Assembly: GCA_963779225.1 (NCBI GenBank)
Contig: CAVZWW010000001.1
Span: 542,921 to 606,920, forward strand
Direction of reading: 5' to 3'
From: an uncultured Bacteroidota bacterium
GTDB lineage: Bacteria > Bacteroidota > Ignavibacteria > UBA10030 > UBA6906
DNA length: 64,000 nt
Shown: in pieces, positions 35,936 through 45,298 of the stretch
Layout of the letters: every line of letters starts with the position of its first letter
Position numbering within the stretch: the first letter of the stretch is position 1
The notes under the pieces: generated by a model
What the model saw: the letters and a program-made list of their open reading frames with translations, nothing else
Told to the model about the DNA's origin: nothing
The model's database searches: none
Made by a program: the position numbers and the translations under genes

Positions 35936-38637
35936 TGGATTCCCCGCTGATCGACAATTCGCCGTTGCAGGCGTCGCCAAAGCCGGGGCAACCCAGACTC
36001 CAGATCCGGCTTAACGGACAATGGGATGCGCAGCCGGCCCCGGATTCGCTGATCCCACAGGAATGGCATCACACGGTACAGGTGCCCGGACTGGTTGACG
36101 GTGCCGAGCCGGCGTATGAAGTGCAGGCGTACGATTTCCACTGGTACCGCACATCGTTCGATTTGCCGCCGGAGAGCATCCGCCCGACCGCGCGGTTGGT
36201 GCTCGAGCAGGCGATGTTCGGCACGGAGGTGTGGCTGAACGGGCGCCGCCTGGGAGGTGATATCGCCTGCTACACATCTCAGGTCTACGATATTCCGGAC
36301 CGCGTTCTTCGTGACCGGGAGAATGTCCTGGTCGTCTGCGTGGGAAGCAGGCGGACACTTTCGAGTGAAGGCGCGGTCGGCAAAGACCAGGAACGGGAGA
36401 CGTTCATTCCGGGTATCTGGGGCGACGTCTCTGTGATTCTTGCCGGTACCGTACACATCACGCATGTTCAGGTTGTGCCACACATTGAGGGTGCATCAGC
36501 GGAGGTGCGTGTGACGGTGCGGAATCTGCTTGCGGCTGAACGTGACGTTTGCATCAGCACGCGGATCTCCGAGAAGCGTTCCGGCATGCATGCGAGCGGG
36601 GAAATCGAAATGCAGGCGACGGTCTCGCCGGGGGGAGAAACCGTCATCACGTTCCATCATGGAATTCGGGACATGAAGCTCTGGTCACCGGAGTCTCCGT
36701 TTCTCTACGAAGTGATTACCGGTGTGCGCGTGGAAGCCGAGCCGGAAGATCTGGTGCGAACCACGTTCGGAATGCGTTCATTTACTATCCAGAACGGTCA
36801 TTTCCTTCTGAACGGACAGCGCATATTCCTGCGCGGCGGGAATATCGCCTTTCACCGTTTTCTGTCGGATGCGGAACGGGGCACACTCCCCTGGGATCCG
36901 GCATGGATCAAACGCGTGCTGATCGATATCCCCAAATCCCACAACTTCAACTTCTTCCGGAATCATCTCGGACAGATGTACAACAGGTGGTACGACATCG
37001 CCGATGAATACGGCATGCTGCTGCAGAACGAGTGGCAGTTCTGGACGGCCACCGGAACGCGCGATCAGATTCTCCGGGAATTCGGCCGCTGGGTGGCCGA
37101 CAATGTGAATCATCCGAGTATCGTTATCTGGGATGCCCTGAATGAGTCTTCCGATGCAGTCGTTCAGCAGGAAGTTGTTCCGGCGATGAAGAGGCTGGAT
37201 CCCACCCGCCCATGGGAGTCGGTGGATTTCGTGGAAGACCATCCCTATATTTATTCGCTCGGTCCGGTGTTGAATGACCGGAAGTTCGGGTTTGCCAGAT
37301 CGCTGGAAGAAATCGCGCACTCGCCGGAACCCACGGTGGTGAATGAATTTCTCTGGTGGTGGCTCGACCGCGACGGCAACCCGGCTCCGCTTACACACGA
37401 AGTAGTGGAACGGTGGCTGGGGCGCGAATACACGCAGGAGGAGTTGCAGGAGCACCAGTCTTTCCTTGCGCGCGAGCTTGTGGAGCTGTTCCGGCGGATG
37501 CGGGTGGATGCCGTGCAGCCGTTTGTGTATCTGAGCAACAGTGCCGGACCGACGGGACACTGGTTCTCGGGTCCCATTGCTGAACTGCGCCCCAAACCGA
37601 TCCTGAGTGCGCTGAAGGAGAGTTTCGCGCCATTCGGTCTGAGCATAGAACTGTGGGACAGGCATTTTTCTCCCGGCGAGCACCGGACCATGCAGCTTTT
37701 CGTTTTCAACGATACTCCCGTGCCGGCAAAGGGAACCATCTGCTACGGTGTGCAGGGCGACGGCGGGCGCTGGATCATGTCCCGGACAATGGAGGTTGCC
37801 GTCGATGCGTCGGGGGTGAGGGGCGTTCCTGTCGTTGTGGGGCTTCCCGGTGCAGACGGGCGGTACCATATCCGGGCGGAGCTCATGGTTCCCGGCGAGG
37901 AACGGCCTGTTGCGGTCAGTCAGAAGCCCGCGTTTGTCGTCTCCGCAACCGCCCCCCCTCCGGCTCTGCTTCAGAGCGGAGTTGTCGTGGCCGACGGGAC
38001 GGGTGAAGTGAGTTCCTTCCTGGGTCAGGCGGGAATCCCGAGCACCGGGCTGGAGCAGGTTGATCTGAGCCGTACGTGGCCGGTGATCGTTGTGGAAGAA
38101 ATGATCCGGTCCGCAGCGTACCGGTCGAAAATGACCGATCTGAGTCTGATGGTTGCCGCGGGTGGAACACTGGTCCTGCTCGAACCGGAGAAGGGGGTCA
38201 CCGGGGCGGTCACCATTCCGCTCCTTACCGATGTGGATCTGTACATCCGTCGGCGCGCGGATACGGACAGGGGAGGATATGATTCCTATGTCTTTGCGGA
38301 CGATCACGGTCACCCCCTTTGGCGTGGGATCACGCGGGACCATCTCAAGATGTTCAACGGGGCATTCGGGGGGGAAGTGGTATCGCAGCACGACGTCATT
38401 CCCGGTCGCGCGGTGCATGTTCTGGCGCGGTGTGGTTTGAAGTTGAAGGTCGTCGTCGTAATGGAGATGCAGTATGGCAAAGGCAGGATAATCGTGTCGC
38501 GGATCCAGACCCGGGGCCGCCTGGTTGGCGGTGTGGATCCCGCTCCCCTGTATGCGCGTCGAAAGGATCCTGTCGTCCAGCGGTATTTCTTCAATCTGCT
38601 TTCGTGGGCTGCGGTGCCGCGGGGAGGGAAGCCTTGA
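35935..38637 (+). CDS. GH2-family glycoside hydrolase (beta-mannosidase/beta-galactosidase-like), cytoplasmic
   Basis: GH2 N-terminal sugar-binding jelly-roll (YDFHWYRTSFDLPP…LVLEQAMFGTEVWLNGRRLG…YDIPDRVLRDRENVLVVCV), TIM-barrel entry FTIQNGHFLLNGQRIFLRGGN, acid/base-like VIWDALNESS. No signal peptide. Confidence 0.6.
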   Translation: MDSPLIDNSPLQASPKPGQPRLQIRLNGQWDAQPAPDSLIPQEWHHTVQVPGLVDGAEPAYEVQAYDFHWYRTSFDLPPESIRPTARLVLEQAMFGTEVWLNGRRLGGDIACYTSQVYDIPDRVLRDRENVLVVCVGSRRTLSSEGAVGKDQERETFIPGIWGDVSVILAGTVHITHVQVVPHIEGASAEVRVTVRNLLAAERDVCISTRISEKRSGMHASGEIEMQATVSPGGETVITFHHGIRDMKLWSPESPFLYEVITGVRVEAEPEDLVRTTFGMRSFTIQNGHFLLNGQRIFLRGGNIAFHRFLSDAERGTLPWDPAWIKRVLIDIPKSHNFNFFRNHLGQMYNRWYDIADEYGMLLQNEWQFWTATGTRDQILREFGRWVADNVNHPSIVIWDALNESSDAVVQQEVVPAMKRLDPTRPWESVDFVEDHPYIYSLGPVLNDRKFGFARSLEEIAHSPEPTVVNEFLWWWLDRDGNPAPLTHEVVERWLGREYTQEELQEHQSFLARELVELFRRMRVDAVQPFVYLSNSAGPTGHWFSGPIAELRPKPILSALKESFAPFGLSIELWDRHFSPGEHRTMQLFVFNDTPVPAKGTICYGVQGDGGRWIMSRTMEVAVDASGVRGVPVVVGLPGADGRYHIRAELMVPGEERPVAVSQKPAFVVSATAPPPALLQSGVVVADGTGEVSSFLGQAGIPSTGLEQVDLSRTWPVIVVEEMIRSAAYRSKMTDLSLMVAAGGTLVLLEPEKGVTGAVTIPLLTDVDLYIRRRADTDRGGYDSYVFADDHGHPLWRGITRDHLKMFNGAFGGEVVSQHDVIPGRAVHVLARCGLKLKVVVVMEMQYGKGRIIVSRIQTRGRLVGGVDPAPLYARRKDPVVQRYFFNLLSWAAVPRGGKP

Positions 38638-39926
38638 TCAATCGATTGGACACCATTGCGCCGGGCGTGCGCCGTGTGTACATCGGACTCCTGGTCATTC
38701 TGGCCGGCGGTTGCGGTGGAGCGGGGCGCGAGCCGGTGGAAATCCGTTTCTGGGCCATGGGTGCGGAAGGGGAGAACGTCCAGCAACTGCTTCCGGAATT
38801 TGAGCGCAGAAATCCTGAAATCCGTGTCCGTTTGCAGATCATCCCGTGGACAGCAGCACATGAAAAGCTGCTGACCGCCTATGCGGGGAACGCCACTCCG
38901 GATGTCTGTCAGCTCGGGAACACCTGGATTCCTGAGTTCATCGTCCTCAACGCTCTTGAACCGCTCGATCAGCGGCTGCGTTCTTCGGCGGGCATCACGG
39001 ATTCCAGCTATTTTCCTGGTATCCTGGAGACCAACATCGTCGAAGGCAGACAGTACGGGGTTCCGTGGTACGTGGATACCCGCGTGCTGTTCTACAGGAA
39101 GGACATCCTCGCACGGGCCGGTTATTCCCATCCACCCCGGACATGGGAAGAGTGGCATGATGTCTGTCAACGCATTGTGGAAACCGGCCCTGCGACGGAG
39201 CATTACGCAATGTTACTGCCCACCACAGAGTGGATACCGCCGGTGATTCTCGGCATGCAATGCGGATCGCGATTTCTACGCGACGGTGATACGTACGGCG
39301 ATTTCTCGGGGCCGGCTTTTTCGCGCGCGTTCACATTCTATATCGACTTCTTCAGCCGGCACTACGCGCCCGTCGGGCTCATGGCGGTCACCAATATTTA
39401 CCAGAGTTTTGCCGAAGGGTACTTTGCGATGTATATCACGGGTCCCTGGAACATCGGCGAGTTCCGTCGCCGCCTGCCGCCGGCATTGCAGGATGCCTGG
39501 ACGACTGCGCCGCTCCCGGGGCCGGATATCCACACGCCCGGGATGTCCCTTGCGGGAGGATCCAGTCTTGTGATGTTCTCCGCCTCGACGAAGAAAAATG
39601 AGGTGTGGAAGCTGATCGAATATCTCTCCGAACCGGAACAACAGGTAGTGTTTTACCGGATCACGGGTGACCTTCCCGCGCGCACCGAGGCGTGGCGGGA
39701 CTCGTCACTCACGGAGAACCCGTATGCCCGTGCCTTTCTTACACAACTCGCGCACGTGGGACCCACACCGAAGATTCCCCAGTGGGAGCAAATTGCGATG
39801 AAGGTGCAGGACTATGCGGAGATTGCCGCCCGCAAAACCAAAACCGTGCAGCAGAGTCTCGAAGCACTCGACCGCGAAGTGGACCTCATTCTCGAAAAAC
39901 GCCGCTGGATGATCAATGCGCGCTGA
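38634..39926 (+). CDS. ABC transporter sugar-binding lipoprotein (family 1 extracellular solute-binding protein)
   Basis: Probable TTG start overlapping the GH2 stop; lipobox LLVILAGGCGG; SBP_bac_1-like sequence EIRFWAMGAEGENVQQLLPEFERRNPEIRVRLQIIPWTAAHEKLLTAYAGNATPDVCQLGNTWIPEF. The track ORF starts at 38319. Confidence 0.7.
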   Translation: MINRLDTIAPGVRRVYIGLLVILAGGCGGAGREPVEIRFWAMGAEGENVQQLLPEFERRNPEIRVRLQIIPWTAAHEKLLTAYAGNATPDVCQLGNTWIPEFIVLNALEPLDQRLRSSAGITDSSYFPGILETNIVEGRQYGVPWYVDTRVLFYRKDILARAGYSHPPRTWEEWHDVCQRIVETGPATEHYAMLLPTTEWIPPVILGMQCGSRFLRDGDTYGDFSGPAFSRAFTFYIDFFSRHYAPVGLMAVTNIYQSFAEGYFAMYITGPWNIGEFRRRLPPALQDAWTTAPLPGPDIHTPGMSLAGGSSLVMFSASTKKNEVWKLIEYLSEPEQQVVFYRITGDLPARTEAWRDSSLTENPYARAFLTQLAHVGPTPKIPQWEQIAMKVQDYAEIAARKTKTVQQSLEALDREVDLILEKRRWMINAR

Positions 39927-40800
39927 ACACTCACGGGCGGCGCTGGTGGTATTCCTCGGACCGGCATTGGCGGCCATCGGCGTCTTCTTTTTCCTTCCCG
40001 TTCTCGCTGCCTTCATGATGAGTTTCACCGACTTTGACATCTATTCGCTCGGCAACCTGGAGTTCGTACGCTTCGTCGGTCTCCGGAATTACCTGCAGCT
40101 CTTTCAGGACCCCCTGTTCTGGAAAGCTCTGAAGAATACGCTCTATTTTCTCCTTGTCGGCGGGCCGCTGTCCATCGGTGTCTCGCTGGGCGCCGCCCTT
40201 CTCCTGCAGTCGCGGTTGGTGCGTTTTCAGAGCTTCTTCCGGTTTGCCTACTTTGCGCCTGTTGTCACCACTCTGGTTGCCGTGGCGGTCGTCTGGCGCT
40301 ATATTTACCACCCCCGGTTCGGCGTCCTGAATTTCCTCCTCGGACTGGTCGGGATCAACCCCGTCGACTGGCTCGGGGATCCGGCGTGGGCAATGCCGGC
40401 GATTATTCTGATGGCTGTCTGGAAGAACTTCGGTTACAATATGATCATCTTCATTGCGGGTTTGCAGAACATCTCCCAGTCGCTGTACGAAGCGGCGAGC
40501 ATTGACGGGGCCGGGCCCGTCCAACGCTTTGTGACCATCACCCTGCCCTTGCTTGCCCCGACGACGCTCTTCATCAGCATCATCACCCTGATAGGCTATT
40601 TTCAGCTCTTCGCCGAGCCGTACATTATGACGCAGGGCGGACCCTTGAACAGTACGCTCAGTCTTGTGCTTCTGATGTACCAGCAGGGGTTTCGGTGGTG
40701 GAACATGGGCTATTCGGCGGCGCTGGCGTTTGTGCTGTTTGCGTTTATTCTTGCGGCTTCGGTCATCCAGACGCGTCTGCAACGAAAGAGAGGAGAATAA
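39916..40800 (+). CDS. ABC sugar transporter permease (MalF/UgpA-type)
   Basis: Six TM segments and the EAA-like loop of binding-protein-dependent permeases (…YEAASIDGAGPVQRFVTITLPLLAP…). Confidence 0.8.
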   Translation: MRAEHSRAALVVFLGPALAAIGVFFFLPVLAAFMMSFTDFDIYSLGNLEFVRFVGLRNYLQLFQDPLFWKALKNTLYFLLVGGPLSIGVSLGAALLLQSRLVRFQSFFRFAYFAPVVTTLVAVAVVWRYIYHPRFGVLNFLLGLVGINPVDWLGDPAWAMPAIILMAVWKNFGYNMIIFIAGLQNISQSLYEAASIDGAGPVQRFVTITLPLLAPTTLFISIITLIGYFQLFAEPYIMTQGGPLNSTLSLVLLMYQQGFRWWNMGYSAALAFVLFAFILAASVIQTRLQRKRGE

Positions 40801-40803
40801 CGC

Positions 40804-41622
40804 ATGCGGCGGTTGCAACAAAGCGGGTTGATGCTGGTGGTCCTGATGCTGGCGTGCGCGACGTTCGCCCCGCTGGTCTGGATGGTATCCGCGTCATTTA
40901 TGCCTTCCGGTCAGGCCGCCACATTTCCGCCACCGTTCTTTCCGCGTCAGATGACTCTCGATCAGTATGTGAATCTCTTCACACGCCTCCATCTGGGGCG
41001 CTCACTCTTCAACAGCGTTGTCCTCTCGGTGGCCGTGACAATGGTGTCGCTGCTGGTCAATTCCATGGCCGGCTACGCCTTTGCCAAGTACCGGTTTCGC
41101 GGACGTGCACCGCTCTTCAAACTGCTCATTGCCTCGATGATCATTCCGGCGCAGGTCACCATGCTTCCACTGTTTCTGTTGCTGAACAAGATGGGATTGA
41201 TCAACACCTACTTCGGGGTCATCATTCCAGGTATGGCAAGCATATTCGGCATCTTCCTGATCCGGCAATTTGCCCTGTCAATCCCGGACAGTCTCCTTGA
41301 AGCGGCCCGGATGGACGGGGCGGGCGATTTCCGCATTTACTGGTCGTTGATCCTGCCCCTCTGTAAACCGATTCTCATCACGCTGGCGATATTCACGTTC
41401 ATGGGTACGTGGAACGATTTCCTCTGGCCTCTGATCGTCATGACAGATGAGAGCATGTACACACTCCCGGTGGCGCTCGCCAGTCTCTCGGGAGAGCACA
41501 TGCAGGACACCGAGCTGATGATGGCGGGCTCGGTGATGACCATTCTACCGGTTCTTCTCGTTTTCGCTGCGGTGCAGAAGTACTACATTGCTGGGATCAT
41601 GGCAGGGAGTGTGAAGGAGTAG
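40804..41622 (+). CDS. ABC sugar transporter permease (MalG/UgpE-type)
   Basis: TM segments plus the EAA motif LEAARMDGAGDFRIYWSLILPLCKP. Confidence 0.8.
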   Translation: MRRLQQSGLMLVVLMLACATFAPLVWMVSASFMPSGQAATFPPPFFPRQMTLDQYVNLFTRLHLGRSLFNSVVLSVAVTMVSLLVNSMAGYAFAKYRFRGRAPLFKLLIASMIIPAQVTMLPLFLLLNKMGLINTYFGVIIPGMASIFGIFLIRQFALSIPDSLLEAARMDGAGDFRIYWSLILPLCKPILITLAIFTFMGTWNDFLWPLIVMTDESMYTLPVALASLSGEHMQDTELMMAGSVMTILPVLLVFAAVQKYYIAGIMAGSVKE

Positions 41623-41673
41623 TCTGAATGGCCCGTCGTGCTAACAGGTTTAGCTGTAACTCTTTCTTCCGAT

Positions 41674-41698
41674 CGGCCGGCCCGTTTGACAGGCGGGC
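41674..41698. terminator. GC-rich hairpin between convergent genes (possible bidirectional terminator)
   Basis: ccggcccg tttgacagg cgggccgg inverted repeat between the permease stop (41622, +) and the GT39 stop (41744, -); no clear U-tract. Confidence 0.25.
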
Positions 41699-41743
41699 CG
41701 GGGCACGATGCCCCTCCTGGATGTCCGGGCCCGGTTGTTAAGC

Positions 41744-43315
41744 CTAGTTGAAATGTTTCATGCCACTCCATAGTTCAGGTAACGGCCTCCGGAGTCCACG
41801 GCAGAGGAAGATCTTCAGGTTGTTCTCATAAGGCATGCAGTAAGGGCTTGACACCGACCCGATGATCTCTACCTGCGCAAAGCGCTCCTGTTTGTCCCGC
41901 AGTTCCCCTCCCAGAATCAACATGAGATCGCCTGTATACTCCCGCGGACCCCAGATCCAGTAGTTATTGTGTTTGCCTATGGACTTCGGAAGTCCGTAGT
42001 GCCTTCCGTAGTAATCCAGCGCTCCACAGCGGCCGTAGTTGTCTGCGAAGACGGCACAGCGGACCCTTTCCTCCGGTGTGAGCCGGTGGAACGCGGCCGC
42101 GACGGCAGCCGCCTTTTCCGGCCAACCGTGCATGTCGGCGTAAAACTGCGGAAGTTTTTCGAGCGTCTTTCCTTCGGGGGTGCCCGGACTGATTCCGAGC
42201 CTTCCGGTGTACGATATGTATCCTTCCACCGGAAGAATGGGAAGGGCAAGCGGTGCGAGTGCCGACCCGGATACGAGGAGCAGGCCTGCGTAGACCGGAC
42301 GGAACCAGCGCCGTGTGCGTTTTAGCGTGAAGCGTTCAAACAGCGTCGCTCCTGCGGCAAAGAGCACCGGATAGGCGGGCGCCAGATACTCCGCCTTGCT
42401 GTGCTGATTGACAAGAAGAATTGCCACCACCGCGAGATAGGCAATCCCCAGTGTGCGAAAGCTTTTTGCATGGGAGGAAAACAGAAGAAACAGGAGACCC
42501 GAGAACCAGAGCGGAAAAGTGACGGGATTGTTGATACCGAATTGTCCTGTAAGAAATGTCAGTGCCGATAGACCGGAGTACTTGCCTGCCGTGGCGTTTC
42601 TGATGAACTCCACATGCGCAAAGTCGTGCGAGATGTTCCAGAGAATGAAGGGCATAAAGAGCAGAACGATGAGCGTGCCTGCGACATAGGGCCAGCGGGT
42701 GAGGAACCAGGTCCGGAAGTGCGTGAGTGCAAAGCCGGCTGTGAGGCCCGCCGCATACCAGAGGATGCTGATCTTATTCAATGCCCCCAGGCCGAGGACG
42801 AGCCCGAGTCCGAGCCAGTAGCGGGGATCCTCGGTTTTCAAAAGGCGGATTGTGAGGTAGGCCGAAAGTGACCAGAAAAGCAGGTCGATGGCGTTCATCG
42901 AATATATCGAAGAGACGGCGAGGAAAACCGGGGAGACAATCGCGCAGAGCGCGGCCAGCACCTGAGCGACACGCCCCCCGCCGAGTTCCCTTGCCATCAC
43001 GCCAGTGATGAATACAACAGCCGCACCGGCGAAAGCGGGGAGAAGCCGGATGGCGAAAAGGGAGTCTCCGAAGAGCAGGCGGCTGACGGCGAGAAGATAG
43101 ATAGAGAGGGGGGGCTGATCGACGTAGCCGAGGTCCAGATGATCCGCGCACGCGAGGTAGTAGAGTTCGTCCCGGAAGATCCCGTAACCGCCGAGAGCGT
43201 TTGTTGCGAGGTGGATAAGGAGTTTTGCCAGCGCAAGCGAGAGAAGAATAGCGGTGTTTCCGGAAACCACAGAACGCCAGGAAAATGGTGAAGCAGGCTC
43301 TACCGTAGCCCTCAT
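41744..43315 (-). CDS. GT39/GT83-family membrane glycosyltransferase (PMT/ArnT-like, lipid-linked sugar donor dependent)
   Basis: 523 aa, polytopic; N-terminal region LALAKLLIHLATNALGGYGIFRDELYYLACADHLDLGYVDQPPLSIYLLAVS with the DE motif in loop 1, typical of ArnT/PMT. Confidence 0.65.
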   Translation of the reverse strand: MRATVEPASPFSWRSVVSGNTAILLSLALAKLLIHLATNALGGYGIFRDELYYLACADHLDLGYVDQPPLSIYLLAVSRLLFGDSLFAIRLLPAFAGAAVVFITGVMARELGGGRVAQVLAALCAIVSPVFLAVSSIYSMNAIDLLFWSLSAYLTIRLLKTEDPRYWLGLGLVLGLGALNKISILWYAAGLTAGFALTHFRTWFLTRWPYVAGTLIVLLFMPFILWNISHDFAHVEFIRNATAGKYSGLSALTFLTGQFGINNPVTFPLWFSGLLFLLFSSHAKSFRTLGIAYLAVVAILLVNQHSKAEYLAPAYPVLFAAGATLFERFTLKRTRRWFRPVYAGLLLVSGSALAPLALPILPVEGYISYTGRLGISPGTPEGKTLEKLPQFYADMHGWPEKAAAVAAAFHRLTPEERVRCAVFADNYGRCGALDYYGRHYGLPKSIGKHNNYWIWGPREYTGDLMLILGGELRDKQERFAQVEIIGSVSSPYCMPYENNLKIFLCRGLRRPLPELWSGMKHFN

Positions 43316-43442
43316 CCGTTCCTCCCGATTTACTGGATACGCAGAGCACTATGCGGAACAGGCTGACGGGGGCTCAGATCCGCCCTTGCCTATGATATAC
43401 GATTGCCGCGGCGGGGTGTTGCGGGGGGAGGGGGGAGTGGCA

Positions 43443-43472
43443 GGAAAAAGGGGGGATCCGGGAGATCCCCCC
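43443..43472 (-). terminator. Rho-independent terminator of trpB2
   Basis: On the minus strand GGGGGGATCtcccggGATCCCCCC is followed by TTTTT, about 80 nt after the trpB2 stop. Confidence 0.5.
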
Positions 43473-43548
43473 ACAGGGAATTCCGCGTAGCCAGAGCCCG
43501 GTCGAAAACCCTCCGGACCCCGCTCTCTTTAAGAAGGAAAGGAATGTG

Positions 43549-44913
43549 TCAGGCCGCCGGCACGGGGAACTCCTTCAATTCTGCGAGCGATGTACGGATT
43601 TCTTCTGTTGTAAGTTCGATGTTTTCCAGCCGCCCGGCAAAGTACGCGTCGTACGCGCTCATGTCAAAATGGCCGTGCCCGCTCAGGTTGAAGAGAATCA
43701 CGGGTTTTGTCCCCTCCTCACGCGCGCGGCGGGCCTCGTCGATCGCGGCTTTGATTGCATGGGAGGATTCTGGAGCCGGAATAATTCCCTCGGTGCGTGC
43801 GAACAACACACCCGACTCGAAGACTTCGTTCTGCATGTATGACCGGGCCTCAATCAGCCCGCTCAGGAGCAAACGGCTCAGGATGGGCGCCATACCATGG
43901 TAGCGCAGTCCGCCCGCATGGATCGAAGGCGGGATAAAATTGTGGCCGAGGGTATGCATGGCTAGGAGCGGCGTCATCATGGCGGTGTCGCCGAAGTCAT
44001 ACCGGAATTCACCCCGTGTCAGCGTCGGGCACGAGGCGGGCTCGACAGCGATGGAACGGACCTTCTTCCCGTGTATCCGCTCGCGCACGAAGGGAATGGC
44101 AATCCCGCCGAAATTCGATCCGCCCCCCACGCATCCGATCACGATGTCCGGAAATCGGTCGATCTTCTCCATCTGTGTGATACACTCAAGACCGATAATT
44201 GTCTGGTGCAGGAGTACATGATTCAAGACGCTGCCCAGGGAGTAGTTCGTATCGTCACGCCCCGCGGCGTCCTCCACCGCCTCGCTGATCGCCATGCCGA
44301 GGCTCCCGGGAGAATCGGGGTGCAGGGCCAGGACGTTGCGCCCGGCGTTGGTGTCCTGACTTGGACTGGCTACCACCTCGGCGCCCCATGCGCGTATCAT
44401 GGAACGGCGGTATGGTTTCTGATCATAACTCACACGGACCATGTAGACCTTGCATTCCAAACCGAAGAGCCCGCACGCAAAGCTTAACGCACTCCCCCAC
44501 TGGCCGGCCCCTGTTTCGGTTGTCAGACGCTTGATGCCGGCCTGCTTATTGTAATAGGCCTGTGGGATGGCCGTGTTGGGTTTGTGGCTGCCGGCCGGGC
44601 TGACACCTTCGTACTTGTAATAGATCTCCGCGGGCGTGTCCAGCACCCGTTCGAGGTTGAGTGCCCGGATCAACGGCGTCGGACGGTATATGCGGTAGAT
44701 TCGCTGAACTTCCTCAGGGATCGGAATGTATCGCTCGGGGCTCATCTCCTGCTTTATCAACTCCATCGGGAAGATGGCCGACAGGTCAGCGGGGCCGATC
44801 GGCTTTCCGGTGCCGGGGTGAAGGGGGGGCGCAAGCTTATCGGGCATATCAGCCAGAATGTTGTAGTAGGCCGTGGGCATTTCCCGTTCTTCGAGGTAGA
44901 TCTTTTGTTGCAT
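43549..44913 (-). CDS. trpB2: Tryptophan synthase beta-like PLP enzyme, TrpB2 family (stand-alone)
   Basis: [33 protein letters not shown]…[15 protein letters not shown]…[47 protein letters not shown] shows TrpB2-type N-terminal extension and the PLP-lysine region (SHK). SD GGAG 9 nt upstream of ATG. Confidence 0.8.
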   Translation of the reverse strand: MQQKIYLEEREMPTAYYNILADMPDKLAPPLHPGTGKPIGPADLSAIFPMELIKQEMSPERYIPIPEEVQRIYRIYRPTPLIRALNLERVLDTPAEIYYKYEGVSPAGSHKPNTAIPQAYYNKQAGIKRLTTETGAGQWGSALSFACGLFGLECKVYMVRVSYDQKPYRRSMIRAWGAEVVASPSQDTNAGRNVLALHPDSPGSLGMAISEAVEDAAGRDDTNYSLGSVLNHVLLHQTIIGLECITQMEKIDRFPDIVIGCVGGGSNFGGIAIPFVRERIHGKKVRSIAVEPASCPTLTRGEFRYDFGDTAMMTPLLAMHTLGHNFIPPSIHAGGLRYHGMAPILSRLLLSGLIEARSYMQNEVFESGVLFARTEGIIPAPESSHAIKAAIDEARRAREEGTKPVILFNLSGHGHFDMSAYDAYFAGRLENIELTTEEIRTSLAELKEFPVPAA

Positions 44914-44950
44914 GTGTCGCTCCGGATGGTTGGACTGTACAGTGACAGAA

Positions 44951-45172
44951 AATGAAAAATCGTGGGTGGATGCGCCCACGATTCTTGTTGAAGAGGCAAC
45001 AAAAAAGGTGGGAACACTCCGAGCGGCGTTCCCACCTTCATGACGTTACAGCAAAGATCAGAGGGGTGGGGACACCGTCGGGCGCCACCACCACCGGTTA
45101 AGCAGCCGAATCGGCAGAGTATGGATCTGTCTCATCATGATGAAGAATAGTGAAGTTGGCGGACATTGTCAA
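44951..45172 (-). promoter_or_regulatory. Ribosome-mediated Trp attenuator: promoter, 26-aa leader peptide with WWW (45058-45138), antiterminator/terminator hairpins
   Basis: Minus strand read directly: TTGACA-17-TATTCT; then ATGATGAGACAGATCCATACTCTGCCGATTCGGCTGCTTAACCGGTGGTGGTGGCGCCCGACGGTGTCCCCACCCCTCTGA encodes MMRQIHTLPIRLLNRWWWRPTVSPPL*. 20 nt later GGTGGGAACgccgctcggagtGTTCCCACC+TTTTTTG is an intrinsic terminator (forward 44995-45036). The leader segment GTGTCCCCACC duplicates the terminator 3' arm and can pair with GGTGGGAAC as an antiterminator; the Trp codons (GGTGG) can pair with it in turn. A second hairpin AATCGTGGGcgcatccaCCCACGATTTTTC sits 30 nt before the trpB2 ATG. Confidence 0.7.
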
Positions 45173-45298
45173 GAAAAAAGGGAAGCGTCCTGTTGCTTCA
45201 ACTGAAAATCAAGTCAATGAGGATTATGTCAAACGCTGACGTTTGCGCATAGGCTTTCCCCGGCGTATATTCATCTAACCCACTTCGAAGGAACACGC

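Noticed and set aside
43316-43440. Possibility that trpB2 and the downstream GT39 glycosyltransferase form an operon
   Set aside because: A strong intrinsic terminator (43443-43472, minus strand) separates them.
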